Of a stretch of 64,000 bases of DNA, positions 27,632 through 38,307 are shown in pieces (positions within the stretch are counted from its first letter, which is position 1; every line of letters starts with the position of its first letter). Source of the stretch: Botryllus schlosseri (Eukaryota); NCBI GenBank assembly GCA_051294905.1, contig CM119371.1, positions 14,200,001 through 14,264,000 on the forward strand, written 5' to 3'. The notes under the pieces were generated by a model, which did not search any database, was not told the origin of the DNA, and was given only the letters and a program-made list of their open reading frames with translations. Made by a program: the position numbers and the translations under genes.

Positions 27632-30600
27632 TCATCCACCTAGCAATTCGGAGAGAAAAAACGTTATTTGCAGCTCTGAGCGGAGAAAGATGACCTTTTT
27701 TTTTTTTTCTTAGTCAACCCGCCGGTGATTACAGTCTGTATGCCCAATTATCGGTGCACAAAATTTTGGGGGGCGATGATCGGTGTTGGCCTTGAAAAGG
27801 GGGCGATGGGTCGAAAAAGGTTGGGAACCACTGGACTACACTGATAGTATTCAAATCACGACACTGCTCGGGATTTGAGATTGAAATTTTAGTCCAAATC
27901 CATATCTAGAACTCTCTCAAGTCCAAATCCGGCCGCTTGAAAATCCCACAGCATTGGAAATTGCATGTCCAAGTCCGAATCCAAAACACCGTCAAAACAA
28001 TAATAAATCCTGATCCAAATGTGCCCAGTTTTTCAAAACCGTCATTACAAGTCCAAATCCAACACCGTGCTCTTCTCTGCTGTTCTCTCATTGATGGGGC
28101 TTACTTGTTGAAATAACACCAGCGGTTTCACACCTATTAACGCAATAATGCATAATGACGGGATAAAAACTCTGCCTTGTACACCCACAGGAGACAATGG
28201 TTCAGGAAGGAAGTGCGATCCCAATGAGAAATTGGATCCAAATTCGTTTGAAAAGAGACCAACTTTAGAGGTATAATATGTATGATTCGATTTGGTTATT
28301 TCAGCAGAGATTGTGGCCCTGGAAGATCCACGAGTATAGTTGTCGATCTAAAGCAAGTGCCTCACCTTCTCGCGACCGGAAAATGTACTAAGGGAGATCG
28401 TAGCGAAAGACGACATGTTCAAAACTTTCGGCGATAATTGAAAAAATAATTTTCACACTAAGCCGGTGTTGGCATCATTTGTATTCCACGTTCTCGGTAT
28501 GACCGGGAAATGGAGATCGTGTTGCTAATCCCGGTACGCGTGGGTTTTGTGTTGACTTCCGATCATGGTCAATGTAATGGATATACAGCTTGTCAAGGAC
28601 CAAGGAGTCATGCCACTTAGACAGGTTTAATGGATAAAATAACTTGTGACGGCTGTGACGGAATGCAGTTCACACGAACAATGCGGTGCAGTGAAGAAGT
28701 ATTGGACTATGCATTGTATTCCTTGTCGACAAAGTTGTACTTAGCATTAATTGCATTCGGTAAGGCAAATAGTTAAAGTGACACTGTATGGCAATGTTTC
28801 TTGAACGCATGGGTAATTACCCCCGTAGGGGCAATATAGCAGGAATTTGGAGTGATGCAGTGGCGCTCTAATTGTGACCCTGCTTTACCAACGGTAGTTC
28901 TGGTGCGGGTTCGGATCTTGGTCACTACAGCTGTGATATTCTGCTTGCGCAATGCTTGTTGCAACTAGCTTTTGCTGGTAATTGCCCTTCCCATTAGCCT
29001 GTGTTTCGCTGTGGAAGCACTCCAGTCTTATGCCTATTTATTAAAGAATTTTACCTCCAGTTAATCGTATGCATTCCGTTGTAGCATGTTGGAAATGCTA
29101 TGCTTGCGATTATACACGCACTGAGACAGTTCCACGCTTCCGAATGCAATGGGATTCCGGGATTGTGTCCAGCCATATCGATGCATAATGGAACAAACCA
29201 TCTGGCCACAAAGCTGATTCCCATATTGAAGCGGATTAACTTCACAAGTGAGCTGGTCAACGTACACTCGTACAGTAATGTATTGCGGGGCAAAGGAATT
29301 TGGACATGGCGAAATGTCTATAATCATTTAGTACGTAACAAATGCATCGTAAATCGCTTGAAAGTTTAGCTGATCATTCCACAGATTGAGTTATCATCTG
29401 TTCGAACTATAGAAAACTCGGATCGGGGCCCCACTCGCAGTCATTTTGAAGTATAATGACACGTGTGTCCTTTGCGCAATAAAATAAATAGCGAATTGCA
29501 AGAAATCGTCATCACCTAATCAATTTACGCTACCTGTATGGACAGATGCCAATGGAAAGCATGTGTATTTCGACTCGAACCAAAATGGATTGGCAAGCTT
29601 CTATGTATTTCGTTACGACGCCGGTAAAGAAGTTACAACCGGAACACTCAGACAAAGATGGGAAATAGTAGGAGACTACGATAACAAGGGTATAGTATTT
29701 TGTTTCATCTAGTTTTAAGGTTCATCATACCAACTACTGACAACCATTATACTATAATAATGCGCACTGTACCGATCTTTGACCTCTGGGGTGCGCTGTG
29801 TTTCCGCAATTGGGACTGTTAAGGCATGTCCCGCCGCTTCTAATTTTAGGAATCGTGTCCAACTCATACGACAATGTCTTGGAATGACTTAGAAACGGCA
29901 CGGAACCCTAAAAGGTTCGCGTTTGAATTGACAATTCATTGACCTGGAAACTATACATTTGATTTGCTCCGATTGTACATATGTAGGGTTGCGGGTTGAC
30001 CTTCCATAAGCACGTTTGCCGATGACCGTGGAAGCTCTGACGTTTTAACGAAGCTAGAAATAGAACTAGAGCTACTTACGTTTAAAAACTAGAACTATAG
30101 AACAGGAATTTACGCCCTTTAAAAATCCGAAAATGGTCTCACTAAAACGCACTAGCTAATAACATACAATACGAATTACTGAATGCAACTGAACGAAGAA
30201 ATATTGGGGATAAAATCAGCATCTAAAAAGGACGGGGTTTCGTGTTTGAAATGAGAGCGGTTTCGACTATTAAAAGTTACCTCTTGACCACTGCTAGTAG
30301 TGATGACTCTGACCTAGCAATTGCTGCAAGAACATTATACAACAAAACAACGTCATCATGAGTCACCCTAAATGTCAACACGTGTTTTCTACAATTGTTC
30401 TACAACTAAATGCATTTTTAAATGCGCAATTAGAAGTACTCACTTTTCAAAATTAGCATCTAGAACTACTAAAACGGTAGTTAGTTGTCCGTTAACTACG
30501 TAGATTGTAAGTTTGTACAAGTTTGGTTCCAGTTCACACTTCGCTATGCTTTCTGTAAACAGCCATAAGAGTAAAGACTGCGCCGAATTCGAAACTGAAT

Positions 30601-33600
30601 ACCACGGAATCAGTATGCAGTAAGCCATGCGGCTACGGGGAGGCTACAGTCCAACAAGATAAGGTCCGGGCGTGAATATCATGCGAGAGAAAACTATTCT
30701 GAATTTTTCCACCCCGTGTTTGCATTCAGATATGCTGCTGGCATTGCGAGCGATGTGCGTACGATGAGTTTGTGTCGGAAAACGACACAATGTGTACCCG
30801 CTGCCCGCCTGGTGAAAAACCCAACTCCGAGAAAACTGGCTGCGATCTGATTACGATCACGTATGCTACTGCATGAGTGTCACAAATTATGGCCTAATGA
30901 ACCGTAATGTAAAACAACATTTTCAACCAAAGATGTTATAATGACGTTAAAAAATTGTGGTATATGAAAAAGGTCCACAGTGCAGGCCTACCACGGATCA
31001 TTTGCTAACGCGAACCTTCAAATTTCGGAAGTTCACACACCGAAAGCGAACGTGAACCAGACGTTCACATTATCCCTACCATCTGCTCTACGAGAATTAG
31101 AGGTGGTCAAAGTAGTCAAGAAAGCTACTCAAGTAGAAGTAGTGACGCGAAAATCTACTCAAGTGCTAGTAGAAGTACTTTTTTCATAAGGAACCTGAAA
31201 CTACTTGAAGTAGAAGTAGAATTGACTGACTTTAAATCTACTCAAGTAAGTAAGTAGTTGTGAAAACGATCGTAATTCGTTCGCATGGACTGTCAAAAGC
31301 TCTAAATTGGGGTATGGGGAAAGTGTAGAAAGCTTGATTCATATTGATGCATCCCACTTGGTATCAATTTGTGACAGAATAAGCAGTCGTCCACAGCATG
31401 TGATGTAAATGATAGAGTATTGATATGGAATGCGATACTAATTCTTTGTTTACTCGAACACCCCGTTTTAGAGAATATCATGTCATGGCACCCTCCCCCA
31501 TATTGTAAGACCCCTAGTTCAGTCGAAGAGCAATACGGAGCAGTTGTGTCGAATACGGCTTCAATACTTTGCACGATAAGAATACGTTAATTAAAAATAT
31601 GGCAGATCGTAAAAATGCCATATAGTAAATAGCTTTATTTTTGGAAAATATAATGCATTGCTACACTTGCTTTTATACTGAAACATGTATGTTTTCCTGA
31701 CAAAAAAAAACAGAAATTATAATTAAAATTCAACGTATAATACTCGCAATTGAAAGAAAAATACAAATACCACTTCTAAAAAGAGGAAATATATTTTATG
31801 TCCTTTTTCCAGAAAGTTTCAACGGTGGTCCGCTAAAACAGGTCTAGCGTTAAAAGTCTAAGTACACTTTTCCAGATTAGGACACGTCATGGGCTACTAG
31901 GTAAAATAGGTTATTGCTAGATTGCGAAACGATAGTTTCAAACGTTATGGGGGACCATACTTACTGTGATGAAATATTTGTTATAGGCGCAACCATGCAA
32001 GCCGGTATCTAAATTAGGCTATATTCAGCGATACTTTCGTTAAAACATACTTGTCACTCCATATCTAGTTATCTACTGTACGCGAAGTGCAACAAAAATT
32101 CTGGGTATTACATGACTTTTTTGAAAAATAAAAGTCGGTAATACGTGAAAATAGCCCCGAAATTCCTTCGGTCATCTTTCTTATTGGGGGATTAAACTAC
32201 TTCTACTTGACAAACTGAAAATAGCGAAAAGTAAGTAAGTAGTTCACAAAATATTACGAAGCAGAAGTAGGAGTAGCGAAAAAAGATCTACTTGAGTAAG
32301 TACCAGAAGTAGAGGACAACTACTTGAGTACTTCGAAAAAGTAGAAGTACTTCGTTACTGACCACCTCTGACAAGAATTGGCTGAGAGTCGAATGAGACT
32401 TACGCTGTGTGCTCTGCAAGATTCAACCACGAAAAAAAGATTCAATTGCGAAGAAGCGGTGTCAACAATCTCAGTGATACGTTCTGTATACTATATATGA
32501 TATGAATGCATTCACGTGAAAGTCGTTTGGTTAAGTTTTCATGTGAAGTCGGAAGGGGTGCGTAATACAAAATATCGTTACCCAAGTGAAACGGGGAGTG
32601 ATAGGTTGGGAGCCACTGTTTTCGAGGTACTGTACGAGCGGGGATTTTACTGAAAAACATGTATTTCTGAAAATAGGTTTATTCAGAGCCATCATAACTA
32701 GCATGACAAGTATGAATTTCGTGACCGAGCGAAATTGCTTAGCGTGTCATTGTGTATGCCTGTGAATTGGATGTCACTTCTGCGCACAATTATAATTCAA
32801 TAATAATTTGCGAACGTTAAGACGGCACTTCAATCGCATTAACATCTATTAGAAGTAATTTACTTTCAGTATTTCTTTCTAGAGAGATATCTTATGAATC
32901 TGAATACGGCATTGCATGCGCGTGGCTGGGTTGCCTTGGACTGCTTCTAACATCAATTGTGACGGTGACATATATCGTTCATCGAAAAACGATCATGGTC
33001 AAGTCTTCCGGGAATGTAAGTATAGTATATTAGCGTGTATTATACGTCGTAAATGATAATGCAATGTTATTCGTATACAATGCAATATCAAGACGAATAT
33101 AATATACTTTATCGATAAGGGCAAATTGGGACGTAAATAGCTACTAAGTATCCATTGACTCAAATAGTGAATTCGTCTCTTCAGAAAGCTCTTATCTGAA
33201 TATGTCTATCAATTATAGCTGGAAACGGACCTGACCACGTATTTTGAATACTTATGTGCCCCACGGCCGCATTCCAGGACATAGTCCCAATGCACTAACT
33301 GGACACCAAATACCCATGTTAAACTGTACATGTTCATTTCCGGTGAACTCCGGTCTAATCTACTTTTTCACATCGTCTTACTATACGCATCGAAATCTCT
33401 AGTGGTCATGTATTGAATAGTTGCAGGGTGTTGTTATGGTCGCGCAATGCGCGAAAAAATTTTCAGATTCACGAATGAATTTCGTCATCAATATTAGTAG
33501 TTTTAGATATTACTATCAAATATTTATCCTTTCTCAGCCCATGTGATCAAAGTCAGCGATAGAGTTTATGGAGGGAGTGTTTTCAAAAGTTTAGGGCAAG

Positions 33601-36600
33601 TTATAAATGATGATGCATATTAGAGTGGGCCAATTGCTATTAGTCACTATGCTGCACGCTGTTATTTCTTGACCTCTCATCAAGATTGTCGGTATAGTGG
33701 TAAGATATTGGAATCTCCCAAACGTACCAGAAACAAATTTCCTTCGTGAGGAGCGCACGTTTCCAAGTTGGCGTTTCTATATCATGCATCATTTTCTCCC
33801 GCTGTTCGCATCTGTTCTGCACTCTGGGGCTCTGATTGCAAAAAGGGGTACTACATTAAAATCGAAAAATGAAGGTGCAATGAATCGCGATGAGCGCGAA
33901 GACAATTTCAATAGCAATTAAATTTCTCAAATATTAATTACTGACTCAAAAATTCGGGAGTCAATTCGTACATTCAATTTTCATCTCGACGGTCGCCAAC
34001 GCATACTAGTTTAATTACGTGTCCACGGTAGCACAAATTTCCTTCTACGACCGCAGGTTTCCTACCTCTGGCTTAGTTCTTTTAACACTCTGTTTATTGA
34101 GAGGTCATTTTGCGCACCTGCAATCTATAGCGATGTAGTAGATGTGTATTGTGGTGAATTTTTGTTTTTATGACTTATGGAAAATTTGGGGTTCCGCGAA
34201 GGCTTGAAGATTAGCGTAAGTGTCCGCCGGTTATTAAAGATGGAGAACCGCTGTTGAAAACCTTGCCAAAAACTGCTGCCAAAACTTGAGCAGGCCCTAC
34301 GTAAAAACACCTCATCAGAAATATGTCGGCGCTTACCGTGTTTGACAACATGCGGAGTCCCAATCCGACTCAATATCAGTTCAGCAGTGGTCTTCATGCT
34401 CGTGTAACTCAACACCTCAATATTTTTTAATGAAAATAGTTTAAAACTCCAAACACACGACTTTATTCCAGGAGCTCAGTTTCTTCATTCTCTTCGGAAT
34501 AACTGTGAGTTTCCTCAACTTTCTCGCCATGACTGCATCTCCCACTCTCGCATCGTGTGTCACGGCAAGGATCATTCTTGGCGTAGGACCAGCGTGTATA
34601 TACGCCGGTTTGCTAACGAAGACCGTGCGAGTCGTCATCATTTTCAGGTCAAGATCATCTCTATCCAGACAGGTATCGTTCTATTTATTGATTAATTCCT
34701 GCTATATTTTGAACGCAAGGTATTCGATATCACTTAAGCAAGGATGTAAAAAGTGGGTTGAGCATGACTTGGACTTGAAACATGCGTCTCTTCAGCATAT
34801 AATTTTATAACCCAAATCGAAACATAGCCCTGAAATTAACCCTTATATCTATCCTAACCCCAAGCCTAACCATAACCCAACCATAAATCCACCTATTACC
34901 AACCCATAACCCGTTATTTGACCAAGATGTTCATGTTTCGGAAGCCCAATTGTGTAGGGTTACCATATTTTGGAATCGGTAAAGGAGGACACTATTTCAA
35001 AATTTTCAAACTTGGAATCCCGGAGGAAAATCTTTAAAAAATGGCAAATTTTTCCCACTTCATGGTCGGTTGAATGAAAAAAGGTCAAATTCCTCGCTCA
35101 GTGCCCAAAATACAGTTTTTTCATATTATCAGGTGACTGACAAAAAAAGGTCAACTTTCCTGCTCAGCTCCCGAAATAGCCGCCGGAGCTTTACTTTAGT
35201 GCTGATTTACTGTATTTCGATCGATTTCACCCTACATTTAACAAGAATTCTAAAAATAGAGGACAGAATCTCAAAAAATAGGACATTTAAGCGTCCTTGG
35301 AGGACATTTTCAATAACCTGAAAAAAAAAGAGGACAAATCCTCCTAAAGGAGGACGTATGGTAACCCTAAAATTGTCGCATGCTGAAGTGTCGCATGCTA
35401 AAATGTCTCATGCTCATACGTGCACAGACCGTTCCATAGCGATGACGATCATAACATTGGACACAGTATGTATTAACGGTGCTATCCAACACTGTTCCAA
35501 GTTTCCTAGGGTTACCATACGTCCTCTTTTAAGAGGATTTGTCCTCTTTTCTGAAAGTGTCCTCGGAGGTCGCCCTTTTGTCCTCCTTTTTGAGATTTTG
35601 TCCTCTTTTTTGAAAAGTTAGGTCACATTTAGAGCAAAATGATGCGAGTGATGTGCCGTAAATTAGCACAGAAGTGACGCTGCGGCGGGTATTTCGGAGT
35701 GACAAACGGTGATTTGAACTCTGAGCTAAAAGTTGACCTTTTTTTTTAGTCAACCACCTAGCAATGTGTAGAGAAAAACGGTATTTTGAGCTCTGAGCGG
35801 TAAGTTGACCTTTCTTGTAGTCAACCGATCACAAAGTGGGAAAAATTCACCGATTTTTGAGAATTCTTCTCCGGTTTTGCAAGTCTCTAAATTTCTGAAA
35901 AAGTGTCCTGTTTTTAGATTTCCGAAATATGGTAAGCCTAAAGTTTCCAAGATTGACACTTAAACATAACGGTAGTAATTCAGTCATCAAAGTCGAATAT
36001 GTTGATATGTGTGCCGATCTAGCCCCTTTCAATCCCTATATTCCACGGTATGTGTCGATTTTGACGGTGAGATTTCGGATGGTATATCTCGATGATGTCT
36101 TCTAATAGTGTGGTACGTTTAACGATTGGAATGCAAATATATATTAGTTACTTTTATGTTTTCGAATGTCGATTTCGCCACAAAATTACAGAATGTTACA
36201 GATTAGGTGCATTAATTACATTATACTTTATGTTTTACTATTCTACATATATAAATTCTCTATAGATGAAGTTGTTTCTGCAACCGAGCTATCAAATCGC
36301 CCTGACGTCAGCACTTGTTATGGTACAAGTTATCGTGGCGGTGCTGTGGCTCATTCTTAGCCCGGTCGCCATCACCATGCATTACCCAACACTCGAAGTG
36401 GTATACCAAGGCTGTGCTCATCTGGTCGACCTCCAGGTTCTTCTGGCAATGACATATCCGCTTTTGTTAATCACCGTATGCACTGTGCTGGCCACTCTCA
36501 ATAGAAAGATTCCAACTGAATTCAACGAAACGAAGTACATCGGTGAGTTGGGATAATTTTGTAACGGTTTTTTGTTTTATTCAGCAAGATCTCTCAATTT

Positions 36601-36880
36601 CTAGGATTCTCCATGTACTCGACTTGTATTATCTGGTTGGCATTTCTGTCTATATTCATCACAAATACCGAAGATCTCAGTCAACGGGTATAAGATTTAC
36701 TGAGTACGGAGTTTTCCGAATAAATCGACCTGGTTTCGTTACGTTAAGGTTCTGACAACGTCGATTTGTGTGAGTCTCAGCGCAACTACTGTGTTGATAT
36801 GTTTTTTTGGACCAAAGTGCTTTAAAATCATATTTCGCCCTTCGTTGAACAACATGAACTCAGTGCTGTCGCCGAAGTGA
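1605..36880 (+). CDS. Class C GPCR, metabotropic glutamate receptor-like, 21 coding exons, about 840 aa (C-terminus possibly longer by splicing)
   Basis: Manual GT-AG, phase-consistent exons: 1605-1647, 2564-2589, 15766-15912, 16912-17001, 18504-18594, 20357-20430, 21095-21181, 23328-23421, 25360-25482, 26550-26708, 26769-26912, 28191-28270, 29085-29247, 29546-29689, 30563-30663, 30730-30860, 32883-33015, 34472-34672, 36266-36542, 36605-36687, 36749-36880. Motifs: signal peptide MIALHVLAALASMFGIIGIGS; PGDVLIVGLVPVH; ILPGIQLG..IIDTC; GVVGAGAS; PQVSY..SPELS; YFFRVVPPD; WVGSDAW; RNPWF; nine-Cys domain ESVCSKPC..CCWHCERC..CTRC..GC; LLTKT; FNETKYIGFSMYSTCIIWLAF; FGPKC. The first two exons and the stop are less certain than the core. 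Confidence 0.92.
3471..3756 (+). mobile_element. tRNA-derived SINE, full length
   Basis: Head with A box TAGCGCAGTGG and B box GTTCGAGTC; body shared with six other copies; C/A-rich tail; TSD CACTGTGT. Confidence 0.85.
4369..5560. repeat. About 98-bp degenerate tandem repeat (3-4 units) interrupted by a MITE
   Basis: Unit AAGTTTTAGAAAGATAT..TTTCGTACCGCGACT..CTATTGGCTAAA..GTTACGTAAAACT recurs at about 4370, 4467 and 5410. Confidence 0.7.
4534..5370. mobile_element. hAT-like MITE carrying an internal SINE fragment (about 4786-4900, minus)
   Basis: TIR CAGGGGCGGGCAAC / GTTGCCCGCCCCTG; perfect TSD CTATTGGC. A solo terminus of this family is at about 25670-25717. Confidence 0.85.
6132..7382 (-). 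mobile_element. 1.25-kb hAT-like non-autonomous element, AGTA-rich family, copy A
   Basis: TIR CAGAGGTGGTCA / TGACCACTTCTG; perfect TSD TCGTTCTG; subterminal GTAGAAGTA and TACTTGAGTA arrays; homologous to copies B-D. Confidence 0.9.
8778..8900 (+). mobile_element. Degenerate fragment of a second tRNA-headed SINE family
   Basis: TAGTGTAATGA (A-box-like) ... GTCGTGGGTTCGCTCCC (B-box-like) followed by a non-tRNA body; single copy in the window. Confidence 0.4.
9624..9833 (-). pseudogene. hAT-type transposase C-terminal (dimerisation) remnant
   Basis: QPTTVAIECSFSILGKLLNKDRNF resembles the hAT C-terminal PTSxxxERSFS motif; no intact upstream frame. Confidence 0.65.
12218..13060 (-). pseudogene. 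Decayed P-element/THAP9-like transposase core
   Basis: 280-aa ORF with P-transposase-like motifs LVGFVDLG, ARGL...PLAYY, FDPPHLLKTVHNNL, KLT.AH, AQLLSNSVA, FNKWFDIMN. Truncated at both ends; lies antisense in intron 2 of the class C GPCR. Confidence 0.85.
13339..13615 (-). mobile_element. tRNA-derived SINE, full length
   Basis: Near-identical to 3471-3756; (CAAA)n tail; 13-bp TSD GCAATGATGAAGG. Confidence 0.9.
13655..13825 (-). pseudogene. Probable THAP zinc-finger remnant of the same P-like element
   Basis: Minus strand reads IKVP..W.. then, after a frameshift, IRIC*LHFASSDLFK (THAP-type CxxHF with a stop), followed by a GTGAG donor; it is upstream of the transposase core. Confidence 0.5.
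13960..14770. repeat. About 0.8-kb interspersed repeat, copy 1
   Basis: Collinear with 33245-34070 (ACGGCCGCATTCCAG ... AGCACAAATTTCCTTCTAC); termini not resolved. Confidence 0.7.
15985..16601. mobile_element. TAGGGT-ended MITE
   Basis: Ends TAGGGTCGCATTTAAAAC / GTTTTAAATGCAACTCTA; TSD GTCATAAA/GTCGTAAA. Confidence 0.75.
19068..19325 (+). mobile_element. tRNA-derived SINE, 5'-truncated and diverged
   Basis: Body matches the family; 15-bp TSD AACGCCCACCATTTA. Confidence 0.85.
19342..20296. mobile_element. hAT-like MITE with (AAGTC)n / GACTCGAGTC subterminal arrays
   Basis: TIR CAGTGTTGGGAT / ATCCCAACACTG; perfect TSD CCATTTAC. Confidence 0.9.
21628..22869 (+). mobile_element. AGTA-rich hAT-like element, copy B
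   Basis: CAGCGGTGGTCA ... TGATCACCTCTG; perfect TSD ATGCTGCG. Confidence 0.9.
23540..23962. mobile_element. MITE with TCCGG subterminal motifs
   Basis: TAGTGCGGAGC / GCTCCGCCCTA; TSD ACGCATAG/ACGCAGAG. Confidence 0.65.
24283..25332. mobile_element. MITE with GTTCAC/GTGAAC subterminal arrays
   Basis: TAGGGATGGTGTGAAC / GTTCACACCAACCCTA; near-duplicated flanks GGTAAATCA/GTTAAATCA; related fragments near 900-975, 1445-1490, 31005-31080 and 51330-51600. Confidence 0.8.
25806..26466. mobile_element. Palindromic (fold-back) MITE, 661 bp
   Basis: TAGGGCTCTTCAAAAATGAC ... GTCATTTTTGAAGAGTCCTA with inverted arms of about 300 bp; perfect TSD ATACACAT. Confidence 0.9.
27439..27833. mobile_element. 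hAT-like MITE with GGGGGCGA repeats and poly-T
   Basis: TIR CAGTGGTTCCCAAC / GTTGGGAACCACTG; perfect TSD GACTACAC. Confidence 0.9.
30040..30490. repeat. Degenerate CTAGAA-rich element
   Basis: Antiparallel similarity to about 46830-47550 (GACGGGGTTTCG, GTGATGACTCTGA, AACTAGAACT arrays). Confidence 0.55.
31098..32370 (+). mobile_element. AGTA-rich hAT-like element, copy C
   Basis: TAGAGGTGGTCA ... TGACCACCTCTG; TSD ACGAGAAT/ACAAGAAT. Confidence 0.9.
33245..34070. repeat. About 0.8-kb interspersed repeat, copy 2
   Basis: Collinear with 13960-14770. Confidence 0.7.
34955..35369. mobile_element. TAGGGTTACCATA MITE
   Basis: TIR TAGGGTTACCATA / TATGGTAACCCTA; GAGGAC motifs; TSD degenerate. Confidence 0.8.
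35507..35940. mobile_element. TAGGGTTACCATA MITE, inverted relative to its neighbour
   Basis: TAGGGTTACCATA ... TATGGTAAGCCTA; perfect TSD AAGTTTCC. Confidence 0.85.
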
Positions 36881-37021
36881 GTATATTTTGAGTGTACTTG
36901 TACGCAGCTCACGCTATACAGCGTATTTATACGCAAGCTTTTATTTAACAACGGGACGACAACAAATACAATCCCGGAAACAGTGAATGTAGTTATTTTT
37001 GCACTAGAACAGAGTTAGAGG

Positions 37022-37517
37022 TAGGTTTTCATTTAAAACAAAAATTGATTTGAAACAAACGTCCTTCGAACATGGCGCATTTAAAAAAAAGTTTTTAATT
37101 TTTTTTTCTATTTTCATCTTGAACTATGACGTCAAGGTTAATTGGCATAGATAATTGAAGATATAGGCTAATTATGGCTTCTTCGACGAATAGGGTTTCT
37201 GACCACTGTCATAAAATGACCAAAATATCTTTACCGAGGACTACATCGTTATGCAGCATTCTTACGGTCGGGCGTCTAATCATTATCAAAACACCCATTC
37301 CGTATCAATCTGCTCTGCTGTAACTGTCGAATCAACGACGATTTTGAGGGTTCCAGCCACTCCGTATCGTACACGTTGACTATAATGGTTGCAAATTGTC
37401 CGTAGGCTCATGCTCCATGTTTTCCAAAGTTTTGTACGATCATGGCATATTTTGTTTTTTGATAAAAGGCATCTTTTTAAACATTTTAAAATACCGGTTG
37501 TCTTAAGTACAACCCTG
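37022..37517. mobile_element. TAGGGT-ended MITE, diverged copy
   Basis: Internal similarity to 15985-16601 and 7872-8270 (GGACTACATCG.TATGCAGCATT..TACGGTCGG). Confidence 0.6.
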
Positions 37518-38171
37518 TTTAGAGGAGTTACCGTAACTGTGTTGGATGTGTAATATATATTAGATTTTTGTTATGTTAATCGGCTAACATTTGGAGTTCC
37601 CCGAAGCCTTGTATATCATCGTGGGATATATCCGGGTCAGGCTGAAGAACCACTAGCGTGCCAGACTGCACTAATCCCACACGAGTTAGAAAAAGTAGAA
37701 GTTATTCACTACTGACAGCTTCAGAGCATAACTATGAAAAAAGAGGAAACGTCCAGTCGCGAACCATCTTTCTACGTCGTGTGTGTATGTATATAGGTAT
37801 CGTGATATGAAACACTCGTGAGCTTCGTAGCGCTTTTAGTGCTTTGCGATCACATGTCCGTATTGACTAACGCTAAGGACTAAACGAAATTATTTAGTTC
37901 GGTAGAAAAGGATTGGAATTGGTAAGGCTAAAAGAAGGCCTAGATCCACGTATAAACGGCATCAAGAATCTATTTCTCTGCATTCGCAATAAACTATGGG
38001 ACGAATTACTCCTCGATAGTGAATCCAAATCCCTTGGAACTGACACTACATATAGGCCTGCGGCGGAGTTGACGATTTTAAAACTATATATTGTTCTATA
38101 CAACTTGGAGATACCATATCTTCTGTATGTAAATACTGTTTTGCGTATTCATCATTCAAATGTTGATTACC

Positions 38172-38307
<136 letters not shown>

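Noticed and set aside
34805..34915. Interstitial telomere (TAACCC-like)
   Set aside because: Short and highly degenerate; more likely part of an interspersed repeat.
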